From Eledone cirrhosa (lineage: Eukaryota), in assembly GCA_964016885.1 (NCBI GenBank), contig OZ024740.1, forward strand, positions 335,296,001 to 335,360,000: 64,000 nt of DNA. The letters are read 5' to 3'. The position numbers were made by a program, and so were the translations under genes. Shown piece after piece: positions 57,573 through 64,000 of this stretch (its first letter is position 1; every line of letters starts with the position of its first letter). The notes beneath the pieces were generated by a model, which searched no databases, had not been told where the DNA came from, and saw only the letters and a program-made list of their open reading frames with translations.

Positions 57573-58266
57573 GATAATGTAAGTAACATATAATATAGAA
57601 TTATATGTCCAAGAGAAAGATTTTAATCAAATAAATGGAAATTTTATTGGCAGACACACCACTTTTATTTTATTGGAACTTCTGCGTATTTACATTTTTC
57701 TCTTTGTGTGTATTTTCTAATTTATACAACGACCACCTCACGCGTAGGCGTTTAATAAACACTTCGTTGAACAAGAGATTCTAAATTTTGAGAAAAATAT
57801 AAAACGAGGCGAAATAACAATAAAATGAACAGGAAACTTCAGAAAAAGCAGACTTCACACGTACAAGTAGTTAACTTGAATTTAATAAAATTGATGGAGT
57901 GAGGGAGAATTATTGTGCTTTGTTTATAAAAAGGAAACCTAAAATGAAGAACCATCATATAAATTGAGTTCTTTGGGCTAATGTCCTCTTGAAATCGTTC
58001 CTCCCGCGGGTCTCATGAAGATCAGAGGTGAAAATAATTTTTGAGAAGCCATCAATGCTATCACCACACGCTGTTTAAGGCAACAACCTCGGGTCATAAA
58101 CGCTATCAAGTGTATTTTGAAGTGTTGGAGCTGATAGCATTAAAGCGTCTAATACGGTGGTTTTAAATTTACCGCAGCGAAGTTGTACCGCAGTAAGGTG
58201 TATGCTGAAATGTGTTTACATACATGCATACATACATACAAACACACGCACACATACACACACATA

Positions 58267-58351
<85 letters not shown>

Positions 58352-58689
58352 GTGTATATATTAATATCTATTGCGAGTGAGAGCGAGAAGACGGGGAAGT
58401 GTGTAAGTGAGAGACGGTTATACTCATAAACACCGTGACAGACCTGTAGCCAGGACCAGATAAAGTGTATTTGTGGAGCATTATCGGTTAAATATTTTCA
58501 TCCCTTACTTTTTCAGTTTTGTTGATTTTAGTTTAGTTTAGGATGAGGTGGGATGGGGTTGTCGGCGGGTTGATATTTCAAAAGAATAAAAGAATAAAAT
58601 GCACCAAGCAATTTAAATTTTTTAATGAATACATAGGACGAAACTTTCATGTATATCAGACAGGCAATCGGTTTTATATATATATATAG

Positions 58690-58750
<61 letters not shown>

Positions 58751-59349
58751 AATATACAAACACACACACATATATATATACACATACATATATATATATA
58801 TATATATTTATAAGGAGGTGTATGTATGTATATGGTATGTGTAGGTGTATGTATATATGTATGTAATATTAATTTCAATCAAACCATTTCCCTACGTCAG
58901 ATGTGAAAGAACTCAATATTGATGCAGAATATAATTACTATATTAATCTAGTGACATAAAGATATATATGAAGGAGTACGTATCTGTATAGACCTTAACA
59001 TATTCTTGTACTAATTGGAATGTTTCAAACGTTCCATCAACAAAACTTTCCACACATTTAAAACATTGCTTTGATCAAATAAATGCAACTTTTGACATTG
59101 GTGGGTGAGATAATGTGGTGAGTGGGCAAAGCCGTTAGCAGTCCTTATAGAATGTTTGAACTTTAAAAGACAGTATGAGACTGGGTAGAAAGTTTTTGCT
59201 GTCTGCAATCGGAGTTCAACACTCGCCAAAGATAACATTGCTTCTCATCTTTTCTAGTTAATATATAAATTACGTACAAATCCAGTAATCAGGTCAATTT
59301 TCTACCAACCTCACTCTCACTCGCACGATTACTCTCTGCCTCTCTCTCC

Positions 59350-59415
<66 letters not shown>

Positions 59416-59501
59416 ATATATATTCATTTATTTCATTTATTCAGCATAGTGAACGGAACACTGCTCAGGAACACAGCGCATCGCTCGGTGTGTTTGTATG
59501 C

Positions 59502-59562
<61 letters not shown>

Positions 59563-59566
<4 letters not shown>

Positions 59567-60036
59567 GAACCAGTAAGACCCCGACAGCTGAGCTCAAGCC
59601 GTTTCGACGGCTAATTCTGGACTAAATGAAAATTTATCCTGGTATTTAAATAGCCGATCTTCTCAAGGGGTAATTCCATATATGGTCAAAGTGATTGTCA
59701 AAAATCAGTAGTAATTCTGTGGTTGCAAATTAGTAGGGGAGATGGTGGCTAAACCTGCCAGCAGGAGAAAGAGGGGAGGGGGTGGAGTAGACCCAATCAA
59801 GCGTTGGTAGTGCCAGCTACAGCTGGGCATGAGGTCAAAGAAGATACAGGGGAGGGGGAGGGGGAGGAAGTCGGAACGGTAGGTAGAACAATGGGGGGTA
59901 GAAATACGAAAGAAAAAATACTGAGAGTGAAGAAAAGCAAATAAGTGTAAAGAAAAAAGTAAGGTAAATTAAATTCTACGACCTAGGTGTCAGGCTATTG
60001 TTAGGCGAGAATAAAATAAAGAAAGAAAGGAAGAAG

Positions 60037-60067
<31 letters not shown>

Positions 60068-60283
60068 GGAAATAAGTAAGAGAACTAGGTGGGACGGATT
60101 AAGGCAAGGACCCTTTTAAGAGGTATAAGTACGTAAATGATACGGTGACGGGTCAACAAAAGGGGCCAAAATACTAAAGAGACTACCACGAAATAAACAA
60201 TAAAGGTTTCCATCCCGGGCCAGCAACGACCCAGTGCAGCAAAGTGAACTTGTACGAGATAATAATTCTGAGTCCCGAGAAAA

Positions 60284-60315
<32 letters not shown>

Positions 60316-60674
60316 CTAATGCTAACTCTAAAAGATCTAAAACAAGCTACATGAGAGTTCGTACGAAATAAAGGTAGAATACGGAGAAATAAATTCAGAA
60401 TCCACCCCGCCCAAAAGAAAAGCGAAGCAATTTGCAACCACAGAATTACTACTGATTTTTGACAATCACTTTGACCATATATGGAATTACCCCTTGAGAA
60501 GATCGGCTATTTAAATACCAGGATAAATTTTCATTTAGTCCAGAATTAGCCGTCGAAACGGCTTGAGCTCAGCTGTCGGGGTCTTACTGGTTCCTATTAC
60601 CCACTCTACTACCTCAAGTATTGAGTACTTTGGTGCGTTATGGTCCACCTGGTTCCTTACCACATTTCCTTCGT
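59563..60674 (+). mobile_element. Family A1 fold-back hammerhead element
   Basis: 169-bp inverted arms 59563-59731 / 60429-60597 (no mismatch seen), purine-rich non-coding spacer, tail 60598-60674, TA flanks. Confidence 0.9.
60489..60582 (+). ncRNA. Type I hammerhead, U3:A8 core variant
   Basis: ACCCC-TTGAGAA-GATCGGCTA...TAGCCGTC-GAAA-CGGC(TTGAGCTCA)GCTG-TC-GGGGT; predicted GUC cleavage after 60577; identical copy on the - strand at 59578-59671. Confidence 0.75.
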
Positions 60675-60700
60675 TATATATATTATATATATATATATAT

Positions 60701-62283
60701 AACGAAGGAGATGTGGTAAGGACCCAGATGGACCATAACGCACGAGAGTACTCAATACTTAGGGTAGTTGAGTGGGTAATAGGAAAATGTATGACCCCGA
60801 TGGCAGAGCTCAAGCCATTTCGACGGCTATATCTGGACTAAATTAGAATTTTTAGCTTGGTAAATAAATAGCCGAACTTATCAAGGGGTACTTCCTTATA
60901 TGGGAAGATTGTAGTTGTCAAGAGGATTGGTCAAAACTTGTTGTAAACACAAGTAAGTCTGTCATGGCATTTGATGGGACGTAGGGGTGGCTGAACTTGC
61001 CTGTAGAACAATGAGGGACTGAGTGGAGCCGGTCAGAAATGATACAAAATTTCATGGGTCTAACACATCTGCTATAAATAATTAGTAAAGCGTATTCGGC
61101 CAATTCTATCTTAAAATTACATGGGTGGGGGTACCGAGGCTACAGAGGCCCGATGGGCTGCATCGGGGTAGGCGGAAGTGGAAACACAGACGAGAAAGAA
61201 ATCGGGGTGGAATGAAGTAATAGGATGAGACAGGGGAAGAAGACAACATAGAGGTAAAGAAAAGAGGTACATCTACCTATGTAAGCTGGGGTTTCCCCTA
61301 ACTTATTCGGCAAGTGGGGGGCATTAGCCCTTGTCTACCCACCCGGGTCGTTATGGGGTTTGAGAGCGAGGTAAGTCCTACGCAATCTGTGTTTGCATGC
61401 GGTTACCAGTTTGTCTTCCTTGTTTAGGAGTTGATCCTTCGAAAACAGCATTTGTAATGTTTCCACCGTGTAAGTAATTTTAAGATAGAATTGGCCGAAT
61501 ACGTTTTACTAACTATTTATAGCAGATGTGTTAGACCCATGTAATTTTGTATCTCATTTTTGTTACTACTCCAATTCTACAATTTCTAAATTTCTTATTT
61601 AGTATTTTCTTTTCTCAACTTATTAACCTCTAATTGTAAGTTAGCATTGGCGGAATACGCTTTACTAACTATTTACAGCAGCTGTGTTAAACACCTGAAA
61701 AGTTTGCATTATATTTTTTCACTACCCACTTCTACAATTTTAGTATTTTCCATTCTCGACTTATTAACCTTTTCTATAGCCTCGGCCATACAAGCAACAC
61801 CTACTAATTATAGCAGCTGTTTCTAGACTCTACTCTTTTAGTTTTTTTATTCATTTCTCACTATCTATTTTATATATTTTTATATATTTCTTTCTATTAT
61901 GTTTTATTGTCTCCTACTCTCATCTGATTTACCTATTCTATACCCTCCCTCCTCCACTTTTCTCCAGAACAATTCTTCGACTTTTCATACACTATCCTTA
62001 GAATCTGCTGTATAGATATCACTTTCAACGTTTGACCGGCTCCACTCACTCCCTCATTGTTCTACAGGCAAGTTCAGCCACCCCTACCCCCACCAAATGC
62101 CATGATAGACTTACTTGTGTTTACAACACTTTTGACAAATCCTCTTGACAAGTACAATCTTCCCATATCAGGAAGTACCCCTTGATAAGTTCGGCTATTT
62201 ATTTACCAGGCTAAAAATTCTAATTTAGTCCAGAAATAGCCGTCGAAACGGCTTGAGCTCTGCCGTCGGGGTCATACTTTTTC
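60701..62283 (-). mobile_element. Family A2 fold-back hammerhead element
   Basis: Tail 60701-60782; arms 60783-61035 / 62033-62283; second inverted pair 61041-61120 / 61474-61553; internal ~150-bp tandem units at ~61488-61860. Confidence 0.85.
62177..62272 (+). ncRNA. Type I hammerhead, U3:A8 core variant
   Basis: ACCCC-TTGATAA-GTTCGGCTATTT...AAATAGCCGTC-GAAA-CGGC(TTGAGCTCT)GCCG-TC-GGGGT; predicted GUC cleavage after 62267; - strand copy at 60794-60889. Confidence 0.8.
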
Positions 62284-62824
62284 ATATATATATATATATC
62301 AGTGTGTGTGTGTGTGTGTGTGTGTGTGTATTTGTGTGTATGTATGTATATATGTGTATGTATGTATACGTATGTATGTTAATATATGTGTTTGTGTGTG
62401 TATAGTTATAATTCCGTATGTGTATTTACATATATGTATGTATAAATACATTGACATATGTACGTTGTATGTGTCAGTCTGTCTATAATGTTTGCTGCTA
62501 AAAGTGCAGACCTTTCAGTATTTGTATTTGTATTAATCTAGCTGACTGAACAATCAATGCGCTCTCACCAGGAGTCTCTTAGAATATATTATATATATGG
62601 GTAGTGCCAGCTGTTTCATTCATTCCATTGACTCATGCAAGTGTTTAGATATGTGTTTAGATATGCTGTAGCAAAAGTATCTGAAGTAGCAAAGAATATT
62701 TACTTCCTTATTCAGTATAAAAGTTCGTTAAAGATTTCAGTGTCCAAATTCCTAAACAATAATGTGATGTCACGTTACGGAAGTAACCGCTGATACTAAA
62801 AAATGCGTTCACACACACACACAG

Positions 62825-62857
<33 letters not shown>

Positions 62858-62902
62858 CATGTCTGTGTGTGTGTGTGTGCATATATATATATATATACAC
62901 AC

Positions 62903-62934
<32 letters not shown>

Positions 62935-62970
62935 GTAGAGGTTATAAATATAGTTTCCATTTGTTAATAT

Positions 62971-63044
<74 letters not shown>

Positions 63045-63242
63045 CCTTACAGCATTCGTAGGCTGCACATTCATCATGCTAAATCTGTTGACTATTTATT
63101 TCTAGTATTATTTTTATGTTTTTGTCGAGAGATGGCTATAAATAATCCTGTCCATTCATTGATTTGTCATAGTCTCACATGCATCTTAACAACATATCGG
63201 TTCTCCAATCTGTTGCGCAAACTGGGATTACAAGTGCAACAC

Positions 63243-63348
63243 TAACTTAATACGCGAAATAACACGCCATCTACATGGTGACGAAATAGAGATGCGCATC
63301 TCTATTTCATCACCATGTAGATGGCGTGTTAGTTCACGTATTAAGTTA
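63243..63348. mobile_element. 106-bp near-perfect palindrome, MITE-like
   Basis: Symmetric about GATGC|GCATC (63295/63296) with 3 mismatched pairs; begins and ends with TA. Confidence 0.7.
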
Positions 63349-63350
63349 TA

Positions 63351-63384
<34 letters not shown>

Positions 63385-63482
63385 TTTTACGATCGACTTT
63401 CGTCAAATCGGACCGAGGGAACAATGTTTCCGTTGGTCTTTCCAATTGCTAATACTATCTATCGGTCGCAACTCCAGGTAGA

Positions 63483-63563
63483 AGGAGCAATGTGAAATAA
63501 AGTGTCTTGCTCAAGGACATAACGCATCGCCTGGTTCAGGAATCGAACTCACAACCTTACGAT

Positions 63564-63565
<2 letters not shown>
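63483..63565 (-). mobile_element. tRNA/CORE SINE fragment
   Basis: - strand B box GAGTTCGATTCC followed by GTCCTTGAGCAAGACACTT. Confidence 0.7.
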
Positions 63566-63641
<76 letters not shown>

Positions 63642-64000
63642 CAAATATTTATTATTTTTACAAGTATGTTTCGAAACAGCGAACGAGTTTGAAAATGAGA
63701 AATAGAAGCTTTCGACGTATTTTTTGACTGAATAAGCTTTAGCTTGAAAGTGGAGTTTATCACACTCAGAGAAATCTGGAAAAAGGTGATGGCATATGTG
63801 TTTCCTATATTTCTTATATTTTCCTTGCAATTATTTGTGACTATTTTGCTATAATTTCATTGTTAAAGCTTGCAGAACTCGAACTCGTCACATTTTTCTT
63901 TTTTTACCTCTGCGAACAATTTTCATCCTATTGCTAGCTCTCTACATTTGGGACCACCTGGTCTCTGTCTTTCCGTCTCACTGTAATGTTTCTGTTTAAG

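Noticed and set aside
59563-60597. Reading the long inverted arms as DNA-transposon TIRs (MITE/foldback)
   Set aside because: The elements are asymmetric (one arm has an extra 3' tail), arm length varies between copies (~50-250 bp), and the arms contain hammerheads, which fits PLE-type inversion better
61488-61860. Spaced repeats that might suggest a CRISPR-like array
   Set aside because: Diverged ~150-bp tandem duplications inside a eukaryotic element; no constant repeat/unique spacer pattern and no cas genes

Overview
AT-rich, microsatellite-saturated eukaryotic DNA with no supportable host protein-coding gene. The tRNA-derived Nin/Deu-domain SINEs and repeat landscape point to an octopus/coleoid cephalopod intron or intergenic region (inference). 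Nearly all ORFs in the track are translations of simple repeats. Recognisable decayed retroelements are two R4/Dong-type LINEs with restriction-like endonuclease (RLE), one RTE LINE with non-autonomous RTE derivatives, a Penelope-like (PLE) ORF remnant and more than 12 SINEs. The main signal is a set of at least five sequence-unrelated, short, non-coding elements inserted into (TA)n microsatellites with one shared architecture: an inverted (fold-back) copy, a type I hammerhead ribozyme (HHR), a 65-135 nt unpaired 3' tail with a YTGAGT(A/G/T)C motif about 40-48 nt from the end, then (TA)n. One family uses a U3:A8 core variant (UUGANAA) with a long helix II. Others have 80-130 nt helix II insertions and palindromic helix III. 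I interpret these as non-autonomous Penelope-like 'retrozyme' families. All folds were read by eye; nothing was computed or searched.
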